This document shows, piece by piece, positions 18,702 through 27,762 of a DNA stretch of 64,000 nucleotides. The notes under the pieces are model-generated. The model was not told the origin of the DNA. It made no database searches and saw only the letters and a program-made list of their open reading frames with translations. Where the stretch lies: positions 1 through 64,000 of the forward strand of contig JBHLPF010000006.1 in assembly GCA_048939765.1 (NCBI GenBank), read 5' to 3'. The position numbers and the translations under genes are program-made. The stretch comes from Promethearchaeota archaeon (GTDB lineage Archaea; Asgardarchaeota; Thorarchaeia; Thorarchaeales; Thorarchaeaceae). The stretch's first letter is position 1; each line of letters begins with the position of its first letter.

Positions 18702-20476
18702 ATCATAATTGCCTCCAAAACCGGTGGTATCAGAAATATCAACGCCATTAGAAGAGAAATAAGCAGAATGGGCAGCACTGAGTCTGACCGCCTAAATCCT
18801 CCACTAGTCACCATCATGCCTTTTCCAAAGCCTCTCAGAGTCATCGATTCGTAGACCATGGTACTGCGGTCAAAGGCTCTATCAATCGTAGTTCCTGCCA
18901 AGTAGCCCATTGAACGAATTCGATTCAAGCCTGTTCCACGTTCATAGCCCCGGAGGGATTGTGCCCCCTGCATTCGAGTCCGCTCTTCAATGAATAGAGG
19001 GACATACCTAAACATAATGAGCAGCGAGCCAAGAATTGCAGTGGGGATTTTGAGGGTCCTAAGGGCACCTACAAACTCACTCAGAGTCATATGGGACAGA
19101 GCTGCTAGAAAAGTCAGAAGAATGGCAAACATCCGCATTCCCAATAGCACTCCAAGGAAAAGTCCCTCCCAATACGCATGGACTGAACCCCACGGGAATT
19201 GTAGTGTGAATAGAATTGTACTGCCGAATAGAAATGGCTCAAGGATAATCCAGAAGAGAATGATCGCTTCGAACTTGGCTGCCATTGAAATAGCTCTTCG
19301 CCAATTTGTACCTGACATAATGCCAGTACCCAGAACCAGAATGATGAGAATAGATAGCATGATGATGCTGTTCTGAACCGTTATGACAATGGCCAATGCA
19401 ATAGCAGATACCAGAATTCCGGCTGAAGAGAAGGGTGCAGGGGACCGTTTTCCTTCTGCAAATGGCAACAGAAACCTGCCTGTTTCCGGTCCACGAGTAT
19501 GTGAGTCATGTGCAGCTCTTCGAAATAAGATAAGGCCCAATCCCAAGGCGGCGAGAATTCCTATGGACCCAGTGACCATGTCAATCACAGGGCCCTCTCC
19601 AAACTGAGACCATATTCCAGGGAAGCCAACTTCTGGGTCAGCTATGCCAGCAAACTCAAAGAAAGCCCATTCAAAGCCATCCGGATTCTCAGATGCAAAC
19701 CCACTGAAGATGGCTAGTCCTACCAAGGTGATTGTGAGCACTGCTGACACAATCAATGGTCTCAGTGAGGTTTCCTTCTTAGGTGGCTCAGCACCCTGAT
19801 CTGACTCTTCGGGAGAAGCCATTTCTTGGGTTCCAGAAGTACGGAGGAATGATACTAGGCTCGGTTTTGCCTTGACAAAATACAGGAGAATCACTGTTGT
19901 CAGTATTGCTTCTCCAATTCCGATAATGACATGAACAGAAGTCAATGCAAGTAATGCTTCGGTTCCAAAGCCAGGTACTGTGAGTAATTGAAGGCCTAGC
20001 AAGAACGCAGCACTCACAGTCACTATGAATGACGCCGCGGCGGCCGAGAAGAGTATGGCCACCTTCTCGGTTGATAACCTTCTCGCACCTCTGAAGAACA
20101 TCAAAGCAAGACCGTATCCTAGAAAGACCGCAAATATACCCATGTTAAAGAAATTGAGTCCGAAGGTGATAATGCCTCCATCCCCGTAGAGTGACTGAAC
20201 AAAGAGTACGAGAGCCATGATGAGAGCTGCAACCCAAGGGCCCACCATGATAGCGAGGAGAGTTGAGCCAACAAGATGCCCGCTTGAGAATGGCGGAACA
20301 GGGAAATTGATTAGCTGAGCTGCGAAAATGACCGCCGCCAGAACTCCCATGTAGGGGACCAATCGATCATCGAACTTCTTGTTTACAACCCGCAACGACA
20401 GAACTATTGCAGTCCCACTGACTATTAACAGAATTATCTGTAGCCAGAGTGGTACTATGCCGTCGGGTACATGCAA
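18698..20476 (-). CDS. Fused nickel ECF transporter NikM-NikN-NikQ (S, accessory and T components)
   Basis: N-terminal MHVPDG (NikM type), central ASENPDGFE (PDGLE-like), C-terminal EcfT motifs (FRYVP, SLRG, MTLRGF). Confidence 0.88.
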   Translation of the reverse strand: MHVPDGIVPLWLQIILLIVSGTAIVLSLRVVNKKFDDRLVPYMGVLAAVIFAAQLINFPVPPFSSGHLVGSTLLAIMVGPWVAALIMALVLFVQSLYGDGGIITFGLNFFNMGIFAVFLGYGLALMFFRGARRLSTEKVAILFSAAAASFIVTVSAAFLLGLQLLTVPGFGTEALLALTSVHVIIGIGEAILTTVILLYFVKAKPSLVSFLRTSGTQEMASPEESDQGAEPPKKETSLRPLIVSAVLTITLVGLAIFSGFASENPDGFEWAFFEFAGIADPEVGFPGIWSQFGEGPVIDMVTGSIGILAALGLGLILFRRAAHDSHTRGPETGRFLLPFAEGKRSPAPFSSAGILVSAIALAIVITVQNSIIMLSILIILVLGTGIMSGTNWRRAISMAAKFEAIILFWIILEPFLFGSTILFTLQFPWGSVHAYWEGLFLGVLLGMRMFAILLTFLAALSHMTLSEFVGALRTLKIPTAILGSLLIMFRYVPLFIEERTRMQGAQSLRGYERGTGLNRIRSMGYLAGTTIDRAFDRSTMVYESMTLRGFGKGMMVTSGGFRRSDSVLPILLISLLMALIFLIPPVLEAIMI

Positions 20477-20520
20477 CTTTCTCTTCTCTCCAAGATTATT
20501 TCTGAACGAAGCCTTTATGT

Positions 20521-20568
20521 GTGTTACTTTTCATCAATTCGTGTCACTCGTAGAGTCGGTTGTGTCAC
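20521..20568. promoter_or_regulatory. Candidate NikR operator repeats
   Basis: GTGTTAC (20521), GTGTCAC (20541) and GTGTCAC (20562) between the divergent nikMNQO and nikR genes. Confidence 0.55.
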
Positions 20569-20586
20569 TTGCGTTCGGTGGTATGA

Positions 20587-21036
20587 TTGTTGTCAAAGGA
20601 AAATGAATTGAAACGGTTCGGAGTATCAATACCAACAGACCTTCTCAAACAGTTCGACGCTCTTGTCAAAGCCAAGCGTTATGTTGGGAGATCTGAAGCG
20701 ATAAGGGATGCCATGAGGCTATTAATCTCCCAATGGGAGATTGAGAACAATCAAGAAGGCAATGCGGCTACTCTCAGTGTTGTCTACAGGCATAGGGCCA
20801 AGCTTATGGCTGAGTTGACAAACACACAACATGATTCAACTGCGAACGTGATATCCACTATGCATGTTCATCTCACACCATCTCACTGTATGGAGGTGCT
20901 TACTCTGAGTGGATCGCAGGAAGAGATCCAGAAACTCGCAGACCGAGTCAGCGGGTTATCTGGCGTCGATTTCACGAAGCTCTTTTCATTCGTGGTACCG
21001 GAGTCATCAGAGAACGACCATGCCCATCATCATTGA
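20587..21036 (+). CDS. nikR: Nickel-responsive regulator NikR
   Basis: RHH domain (RFGVSI..RSEAIRDAMR) and metal site QH..MHVHL..HCME. Confidence 0.95.
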   Translation: MLSKENELKRFGVSIPTDLLKQFDALVKAKRYVGRSEAIRDAMRLLISQWEIENNQEGNAATLSVVYRHRAKLMAELTNTQHDSTANVISTMHVHLTPSHCMEVLTLSGSQEEIQKLADRVSGLSGVDFTKLFSFVVPESSENDHAHHH

Positions 21037-21042
21037 GATAGA

Positions 21043-21588
21043 CTAGTTTATCTCACTGATAGCCTCAAACATCCGCGACATATCAGGACACGCATTGCTA
21101 GTTGCTTTCAAGACCTCAATATGGCGGAGTCTTCCTTCTTTGTCCACCAAGAAGACTGCCCTTTTCCCATACCCCTCTTTGGGCACAAAGCAATCATACT
21201 TCAATGTTGTATCTCCAAGAGGAACATAATCAGCTAGAATGGGAAATCCCAAATCACCTACTTCATCTAGCCATTGCCTGTTATTCTCGACTGAAGCCAT
21301 GTTGATAGCCAATACTTGCGTATCAGTAGCCTCAAACTGAGTGAGATACTCCTGATAGAATGTGAAGCTGTCCTTACATCCCGAATTCAAATCACCTGGA
21401 TGCAGGGCAACTAGAACATTCTTGTGTCCTCTGAAATCGGAAAGACGAACACGTGTGCCAGTCTGGTCGGGTAAGTTGAAGTCAGGTGCCTCTTCTCCAA
21501 GGTTCAGGCACACATTCTGTTCTCGCAATAGCATCTTTTGAGTCACTTCGAATTGTTTGGTATTAAAGAACCGGTCTGCACTTATCAA
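21043..21588 (-). CDS. Peroxiredoxin/AhpC-TSA (AhpE/BCP-like) protein
   Basis: GEEAPDFNLPDQ, LSDFRG, PGDLNSGC, FPILAD, KRAVFLVDKEG. Confidence 0.85.
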   Translation of the reverse strand: MISADRFFNTKQFEVTQKMLLREQNVCLNLGEEAPDFNLPDQTGTRVRLSDFRGHKNVLVALHPGDLNSGCKDSFTFYQEYLTQFEATDTQVLAINMASVENNRQWLDEVGDLGFPILADYVPLGDTTLKYDCFVPKEGYGKRAVFLVDKEGRLRHIEVLKATSNACPDMSRMFEAISEIN

Positions 21589-21641
21589 GTTAACTATTGT
21601 TATTCTATTTTGAGGATTAGGGACATAGTCAAAAGCGGGAA

Positions 21642-22634
21642 ATGGATGAGTTCAAGGCGATGACTACTAATCCCCTAAATGAGATTGCAGACGGGATTCA
21701 TCTTTTCATCCCACCGCCAGACAGAATCGCAGGGTGGAGAAGGTCAGGCAATGTGGTTATTCTGGACAGCGACAAATCCCTATTTCTCATAGATTCTGGA
21801 GGGCCTTCAGCAAGAAAACAAATCAAATCTATAGTCCGGTCATTTCTTGCAAGTGGAAGCCAAGACATATACAGTATACATACTCATGGTCATATCGACC
21901 ACATGGCAGGAGCGTATCTACTGCAGGAATCGTTTGAAGCTAGCATATGGGCTCCTGAAGAAGCGATCCCCTTTGTGATGAAACAATCACCTATCTACCT
22001 AGAGAGAGAACAGGAATTACTCGTTGTTTCATTTAGTGAGCTTTTCACAGCACCTTCGTGGTTTGTCAGAGGTGCAATGTGGGCAACGCTAGGACGCAAT
22101 CGACCACTTTTTGATGTGAAACCAGTCGGCAGTTGCGGCAATTTAGATGAAACTGGATTTCGTCAAGTTGCACTGCCAGGTCATCATTTCGGGCACACCG
22201 GATTCTACAGTGATGAGGAAGGAATACTGATTGCTGGAGACCTCATCGATCCACGCCACAAGATGAAACCAAATCTGACATCGCCATCGTCAGACTTCGT
22301 GGAGTTGAGAGATGCTCTACATATTGCAGGAAAACTGGCGCCATCCACAATACTACCCGGTCACGGATTTCCTATTCAAGGAGATGATGAAATCCAACAG
22401 GCCATTGAAGAAGCTGAGGCGATAATGGATGGAGCATTACAGGCAGTAATGGAGATTCTGGAAAAAGCCCCTTCCACACTCCCAGAGATTTCCAATAGGA
22501 TGGTGAGAAAAGGAATCGGTCCGGGAGATGTCTTCAGAAGAATGTTCATCCATAGCATTCTAAGACATCTAATGGAAACAAGGACGGTATCTAGGCAAAC
22601 AGAGGCAAGAGGGAAGACAGTGTTCTCTATCTAA
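21642..22634 (+). CDS. Metallo-beta-lactamase-fold hydrolase with C-terminal winged helix
   Basis: THGHIDH, PGHH, AGD, PGHG motifs. Confidence 0.9.
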   Translation: MDEFKAMTTNPLNEIADGIHLFIPPPDRIAGWRRSGNVVILDSDKSLFLIDSGGPSARKQIKSIVRSFLASGSQDIYSIHTHGHIDHMAGAYLLQESFEASIWAPEEAIPFVMKQSPIYLEREQELLVVSFSELFTAPSWFVRGAMWATLGRNRPLFDVKPVGSCGNLDETGFRQVALPGHHFGHTGFYSDEEGILIAGDLIDPRHKMKPNLTSPSSDFVELRDALHIAGKLAPSTILPGHGFPIQGDDEIQQAIEEAEAIMDGALQAVMEILEKAPSTLPEISNRMVRKGIGPGDVFRRMFIHSILRHLMETRTVSRQTEARGKTVFSI

Positions 22635-22639
22635 TGAAA

Positions 22640-24259
22640 CTAGGAGTCTGTTTCTTTAAGCGCAGACCGTAGGATTTTGCCATCTTCAGCAATGGGCAGT
22701 GATTCTCGGATAATCACATCTTTGGGTTTCTTGTAAGATGCCATCTTTCCTGTGCACCATTCGAGAATCTCATTCTCAGTTATTTCAGATCCCGGCTTGG
22801 GAACAACAAATGCACGCACAACTTCTCCCCACGTTCTATCCGGAATGCCTACAATCACTGCAGATTCAACATTTGGATGTTGGGAAATCAATTCCTCAAC
22901 CTCAGCTGGGAAGACTTTCTCGCCTCCGGAGAAAATCACCTCACTCTTCCGTTCCATGTAATAATAATTGCCCTCCTCATCAATTCTGAATAGGTCTCCA
23001 GTTCGAAACCACTCGCCCTCAAAGGAGGCTTTGGTCCTGGTCTCATCATCATGGTATCCACTCATGAGAGAAGGGCTTTGATATATCGCCTCGCCAACCT
23101 CTCCAGGTTTTACATCGTCACCCCTCTCGTTGACTACTCTCATCTCAACGCCGCTGATTGGCTTTCCAATATACCCCTCTGTGATTTTGGGAAGGTCATC
23201 AATAGTGAGGAAAGAATAGATAGCCGCTCCTATATTCTCAGTCTGACCATAGCCATCGACTAATACGGTATCTGGGAATCTTGTTAGGATCTCCTTCTTC
23301 ATAGAAGCGGGCATTTTCGATCCTCCTGAGGATAGCATTGTTACCGAGGTCATGTCATGAGATTCCAAATCAGGGTAGTCCAGGAGAATTCTAAACTGGG
23401 TTGGCACCATGAATACTGCCGTTATCTTCTCCCGCTCAATGATTTCAAGAATTTCCAGGGGTGAGAAGCTCAGTGACTTCGGAAAGACAACTGGTCGCTT
23501 CATAGCAGCCATGATAATAGCCGGCATGAATCCTGATAAATGGTATAACGGTGTAGGAACAAGGAACTTGAGCTCGTGTTCTGTAGGAAGAAGTGCAGAT
23601 TCTGGAACCTTACCTTCGAAAATGAGACTAAGACCGTGGTCAGGTATCAGCGTGCAGGCATCAAGCAGAGCTTGATGGGAGAAGTTTGTCCCTTTTGGAA
23701 GACCTGTAGTACCCCCTGTAAAGAGCTGGACACTCAAATCCTCATTTGAAACTAAAATGGACGGCGGATCCTGAGAGACTCCAGCCACGAAGTCATCCCA
23801 AGATTTGATGTTACTGTCCGAATCAGTGGAGCCCTCGACAACGACGAGGGGGAGTCTATCTTCTACATCGGGAAAAGCATCAAGGACCTGTGCCATATAA
23901 TGGACACTAGTGATGCAGACAGAAGGCTTGCCGGTATCAAACACGTGTCGTATCTCTCTTCCAACGAACCTTGTACTGATTGGAGCTGGCACCATGCCAG
24001 CACGTTGAGTCCCATATAGAGCCGCAAGGTATTCGGGCCGGTTCTCCATTATAATGGCAACTCTCATTCCTTTTGAAGCGGGGTACTCTCTCAGTAGGGA
24101 ATTCGCTAGAACCGAGATACTGATATCGACATCTGACCATGTGAGGTGATCATCGCCATAGACAACAGCTAGCATGTCACCGTAATCCTGTGCATTTCTG
24201 CTTAGAAGATCACAGAATGCCCTAAGTGGGACATCCTCTTCTACATCAGGAGGGCTCAT
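22640..24259 (-). CDS. Acyl-CoA synthetase (long-chain fatty-acid--CoA ligase family)
   Basis: FTGGTTGLPKG, GYGQTE, WFRTGD, GGEKVFPAEVE. Confidence 0.93.
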   Translation of the reverse strand: MSPPDVEEDVPLRAFCDLLSRNAQDYGDMLAVVYGDDHLTWSDVDISISVLANSLLREYPASKGMRVAIIMENRPEYLAALYGTQRAGMVPAPISTRFVGREIRHVFDTGKPSVCITSVHYMAQVLDAFPDVEDRLPLVVVEGSTDSDSNIKSWDDFVAGVSQDPPSILVSNEDLSVQLFTGGTTGLPKGTNFSHQALLDACTLIPDHGLSLIFEGKVPESALLPTEHELKFLVPTPLYHLSGFMPAIIMAAMKRPVVFPKSLSFSPLEILEIIEREKITAVFMVPTQFRILLDYPDLESHDMTSVTMLSSGGSKMPASMKKEILTRFPDTVLVDGYGQTENIGAAIYSFLTIDDLPKITEGYIGKPISGVEMRVVNERGDDVKPGEVGEAIYQSPSLMSGYHDDETRTKASFEGEWFRTGDLFRIDEEGNYYYMERKSEVIFSGGEKVFPAEVEELISQHPNVESAVIVGIPDRTWGEVVRAFVVPKPGSEITENEILEWCTGKMASYKKPKDVIIRESLPIAEDGKILRSALKETDS

Positions 24260-24603
24260 TTCATCAATGCCTGAAGTTTGATCAGATCGTTCATCGGTCC
24301 CTTGGCTTTTATCTTCCCGCCCATGAAAGCGCGGGTTGGACTCAGAGAACCATCCATGATCGCCATGATGGAGTCTGTGGTTGTAGTTATCACTAGTTCA
24401 GCACCGTCATTAACACCATCGATGATTTCGGCAGTACCTCCCTGGAACACAATATGGCAGGTTGCTTCTTCGTTGTCTGTGAAGTGAAACTGAAGAACCC
24501 TATTGAAGTCTGTAAAACGAGACTGGTATTTTGGATCCTCCATCTTGCCTACCATCTTCTCTAATGAGGACATCACTTCGTCTTTTGTTGCCATTTCTTT
24601 CAC
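24256..24603 (-). CDS. Stand-alone SCP2 (sterol carrier protein-2) lipid-binding protein
   Basis: GSLSPTRAFMGGKIKAKG SCP2 signature. Confidence 0.9.
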   Translation of the reverse strand: MKEMATKDEVMSSLEKMVGKMEDPKYQSRFTDFNRVLQFHFTDNEEATCHIVFQGGTAEIIDGVNDGAELVITTTTDSIMAIMDGSLSPTRAFMGGKIKAKGPMNDLIKLQALMK

Positions 24604-24626
24604 TTCCTTGATTCATTTCGAGTCAT

Positions 24627-25391
24627 CTACTTCCCCTTCCATTCTGCTGGACGTTTCTCCATCCAAGCTTCAAATCCTTCGATAACATCCTCTGAACGGA
24701 AGAGTTCATTGAATGGCTCCCACAGAGCTCCGATTTCCCGTATTCCTCTTCTGAGAAATTCCTTGGTAAGCTTCTGTGATAGCGGCGCCACAAGCTTGAT
24801 CTCTTCACAGAGTTCAGTCACCTCTTTTGTTAGGTCATCATGAGGCACGACCTTGTTCACTAGGCCCATTCGATAAGCCTCCTGCGCATCAATAGACCTA
24901 CCTGTGAAGGTCAGTTCCTTGATGTAACGCATATTGTACTCATGCGCTCTAATGATTAGCAAGCCGGACATCAATCCACGGCGATTCTCTCGAAATGCAA
25001 AGACAGCCTTATCAGATGCAATGACAAGGTCACAAAACAAGGTGAGTTCGAATCCTCCTGCATAGGCATGGCCATTTACAGCTGCGATGACTGGTTTTGG
25101 ATATCGTTGAAGTAGTTCTATTGGATCCAAGATAATACTCAAGAACTCGCCGAGCCCTTGAAAGCCCACAGTGCTCATCTCTTTGATATCAAGTCCAGCA
25201 CTGAACGCTGTGCCCTCTCCAGTAATTACCAATGCCCTCACTGTATAGTCATCATAGGTATCCTGCAACACTTGCATCAGCTCCATCCAAGTCTGGCGGG
25301 ATAGAGCATTTCTTACTTCAGGCCGATTGAAGGTAATCCAACCGATGCCATCTCTTACTTCGTATTTTATGCATTCGTAAGTCATCTTCAT
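24627..25391 (-). CDS. Enoyl-CoA hydratase/isomerase
   Basis: NRPEVRNAL, FSAGLDI, IAAVNG.A.AGGFEL; both catalytic Glu residues present. Confidence 0.93.
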   Translation of the reverse strand: MKMTYECIKYEVRDGIGWITFNRPEVRNALSRQTWMELMQVLQDTYDDYTVRALVITGEGTAFSAGLDIKEMSTVGFQGLGEFLSIILDPIELLQRYPKPVIAAVNGHAYAGGFELTLFCDLVIASDKAVFAFRENRRGLMSGLLIIRAHEYNMRYIKELTFTGRSIDAQEAYRMGLVNKVVPHDDLTKEVTELCEEIKLVAPLSQKLTKEFLRRGIREIGALWEPFNELFRSEDVIEGFEAWMEKRPAEWKGK

Positions 25392-26632
25392 TCTTCCTCC
25401 TTAAGATCCTCAGGGTCAACTCCTCTAAGTACCCTAGGCAGAATCATGGGATCAGGAGTTTTCTTGAACTCCTGTCTTCCAACAAATAGCTTGAGAACAT
25501 CGTTCCCTCCGCCTGTCACCTTGGTGAGGAGGGCATTCTTCAGGATTGATGCCGCCAAGAACTCCTCCGTGTAGCCGTCACCCGAGAGAATCACCAGCGC
25601 ATCTTCTGCGATCTCAATCAGTGCATCTGTAGAGAATATCTTGCAGACTGCAGCATCGACTCCGAACTGGAACATGTCTGCCGTCCCGCTGTCCAGTTGA
25701 GCTGCAAGTGCATACAGGTAGGTTCGGGCTAGTTTCAATCGAATCGCCATATCTGCCATTCTGGTTTGAACAGTCTGGTAGCGGGATATCGGCGCGCCAA
25801 ATTGGACTCGTCTTCGACCGTACGATCTCGCAGTTTCCACAAGCATCCGTGCCTGACCCACTGTGGCGGCAATACCGAGACGTTCAATGTTTAGTCCCGA
25901 AGTCATCACTGTCCAGCCATCGCCCTCAAAGAGGATCATGTTGTCCTCAGGGACTCTTACGTTTCGAAACCGAATAACGCTGTTGAACATCTCCACGTTG
26001 CCTGTCAGCTCATTGATCTTCTCAATTGAAATGCCGGGTGTGTTTCTGGGCACTAGAAAGGAGGAGAGATGGGAATGGGTGGCTTGTGCCTCCGGGGATG
26101 GATCAGTGACTGTATATGTCATCAGGTAGTCAGCATTTGCACCCAAGGTGATGAAGCGTTTCCAACCGTTGAGGACATACTCATCACCATCTTTCTCAGC
26201 AAAGAGCTGGACGTTGGCTGCATCATTACCTACGTCTGGCTCAGTGACGCAGATTGCAGTCCACTTTTCACCCTTCAGCATTGGAGTCAGAAACCTCTCC
26301 TTTTGTTCGGGAGAGCCGAATAGATGCACAGGGCCTCCGCCAAAGACTGTTGTGAGTAAAGGATTGATGTTCAGATAGCAACGACCAAATTCTTCATTCA
26401 AAATGGTATATCCAGTATAACCCTCATCTCGACCTCCATGCTCTTCTTCCACTAGCACTGCGAGAGGATGGAATCCCTTGTCAACAACAAACTTGCTGAT
26501 TTCCCACTGGACCTTCATCGCCTCATTGTGATCGATCTTGTCAGCAAGGGGCCGTAGCTCGGAATTTACAAATTCCTCAACTTCAGCAGCGAACTTCTTG
26601 TTCTTCTCAGTCCACCATGGTAGTGTTTCCAT
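25388..26632 (-). CDS. Acyl-CoA dehydrogenase
   Basis: CVTEPDVGND, LNGWKRFIT, RVQFGAPI..YQ, GDGY. Confidence 0.93.
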   Translation of the reverse strand: METLPWWTEKNKKFAAEVEEFVNSELRPLADKIDHNEAMKVQWEISKFVVDKGFHPLAVLVEEEHGGRDEGYTGYTILNEEFGRCYLNINPLLTTVFGGGPVHLFGSPEQKERFLTPMLKGEKWTAICVTEPDVGNDAANVQLFAEKDGDEYVLNGWKRFITLGANADYLMTYTVTDPSPEAQATHSHLSSFLVPRNTPGISIEKINELTGNVEMFNSVIRFRNVRVPEDNMILFEGDGWTVMTSGLNIERLGIAATVGQARMLVETARSYGRRRVQFGAPISRYQTVQTRMADMAIRLKLARTYLYALAAQLDSGTADMFQFGVDAAVCKIFSTDALIEIAEDALVILSGDGYTEEFLAASILKNALLTKVTGGGNDVLKLFVGRQEFKKTPDPMILPRVLRGVDPEDLKEEE

Positions 26633-26645
26633 TCTTCCGGCACCT

Positions 26646-26957
26646 CTAGAAATCTGACTTGTCTAATCCATAACGCAGGCTTACATCCCCAATCCCATTC
26701 AATCCACGCCATGTAATCTTGGCAAGCTTAATCTTGCCTCTTGGATCAATCCAGATATTGACCAGTCCGTCCTTCTCCAAGGCCAGTAACGCTTCATCGA
26801 AGATGGAAACGTCATCCACTCCGAGCTTGCTCATCATATCCTCTTTCTCACAGTGAAGGGACTGTGTATATTCAAACTCTTTAGCAAGCAGAGTCAGGAT
26901 GCTGCTGTTCAGGTCTTTTGACATTGGGCCAGTCCTCCTTTCAGGAATCGCGCGCAC
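26646..26957 (-). CDS. Small winged-helix-like protein, first gene of the lipid operon
   Basis: DEALLALEKDGLV followed by a wing ending ITWRG. Confidence 0.6.
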   Translation of the reverse strand: MRAIPERRTGPMSKDLNSSILTLLAKEFEYTQSLHCEKEDMMSKLGVDDVSIFDEALLALEKDGLVNIWIDPRGKIKLAKITWRGLNGIGDVSLRYGLDKSDF

Positions 26958-27121
26958 CCCAACTTAAATAGTCTGTCAGCCTTGCTCTCGATAATCTCCA
27001 AGACTTCGTCTAGGTTACATTTTGTAAGTATTTGTTTGGCTTCGTCATATAGCTAGGTAACATTCGACATTAGTTTATTAGCTAGGCCGCTGACCGAGAA
27101 TTGACTACATTCGCGATGTAG

Positions 27122-27496
27122 TTGGAGGAAAGACATATGTCTGAAAGACCTCAAGGCATTATAATCGGAGCCCTGCTTGTGCTAATCTTTGCTCTATATC
27201 ACCTTGGCTATGGAGCATGGTTCATTATTCAGGCAGGCGGAGACCCCATTGCTCTACTACTGGGTTCGCTCTTCGCAATGATATACCTAATCGTAGGAAT
27301 CATCGCGTTGATATTGTTCATCGGTCTGTGGGGCATGAAGAAGTGGGCTTGGCTGTGGACTGTCATTATGGCTCTGCTCGCCATTCTAGGTGGCGCCATG
27401 AACCTTGGAGACATAATGTCGATCATAGGATTGATACTTGGTGTAGTCGTCCTAATCTACATGTTCATGCCAGCCGTGAGGAACAATCTCAGATAG
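27122..27496 (+). CDS. Small four-TM membrane protein
   Basis: ERPQG start, GLWGMKKWAW, four hydrophobic helices; similar pattern to 29986..30324. Confidence 0.75.
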   Translation: MEERHMSERPQGIIIGALLVLIFALYHLGYGAWFIIQAGGDPIALLLGSLFAMIYLIVGIIALILFIGLWGMKKWAWLWTVIMALLAILGGAMNLGDIMSIIGLILGVVVLIYMFMPAVRNNLR

Positions 27497-27509
27497 AGAT
27501 TGGATGCTT

Positions 27510-27552
27510 GGAACCCAGTCATCCAAACTGGGTTCCTTCCTCTTCTTTTTTT
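27510..27552 (+). terminator. Hairpin plus T-rich tract
   Basis: GGAACCCAGT/ACTGGGTTCC 10-bp stem followed by TTCCTCTTCTTTTTTT. Confidence 0.6.
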
Positions 27553-27762
27553 GAGTCATAATCTATGTTGCTACGCGGCTATGTTCTCTCTAGCAGGCTG
27601 CCTCTCTTTAGACCCGCTCACATCTTTGTTGCTAGTCTATTTGCAGGGTTCTCGTTCCTTCTCGTTCAAATCGCGTACGCAAGGTTTGTTGCTAATTCTG
27701 CTCAATCTTCCATAGTGAAACCTCAACCAGATATTGGATAATTCAGGTCTTGGAGCTGTTTG

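Noticed and set aside
21043-21588. Selenocysteine or pyrrolysine recoding
   Set aside because: The peroxiredoxin has Cys at its active site, and I saw no recognisable gene interrupted by an in-frame TGA or TAG.
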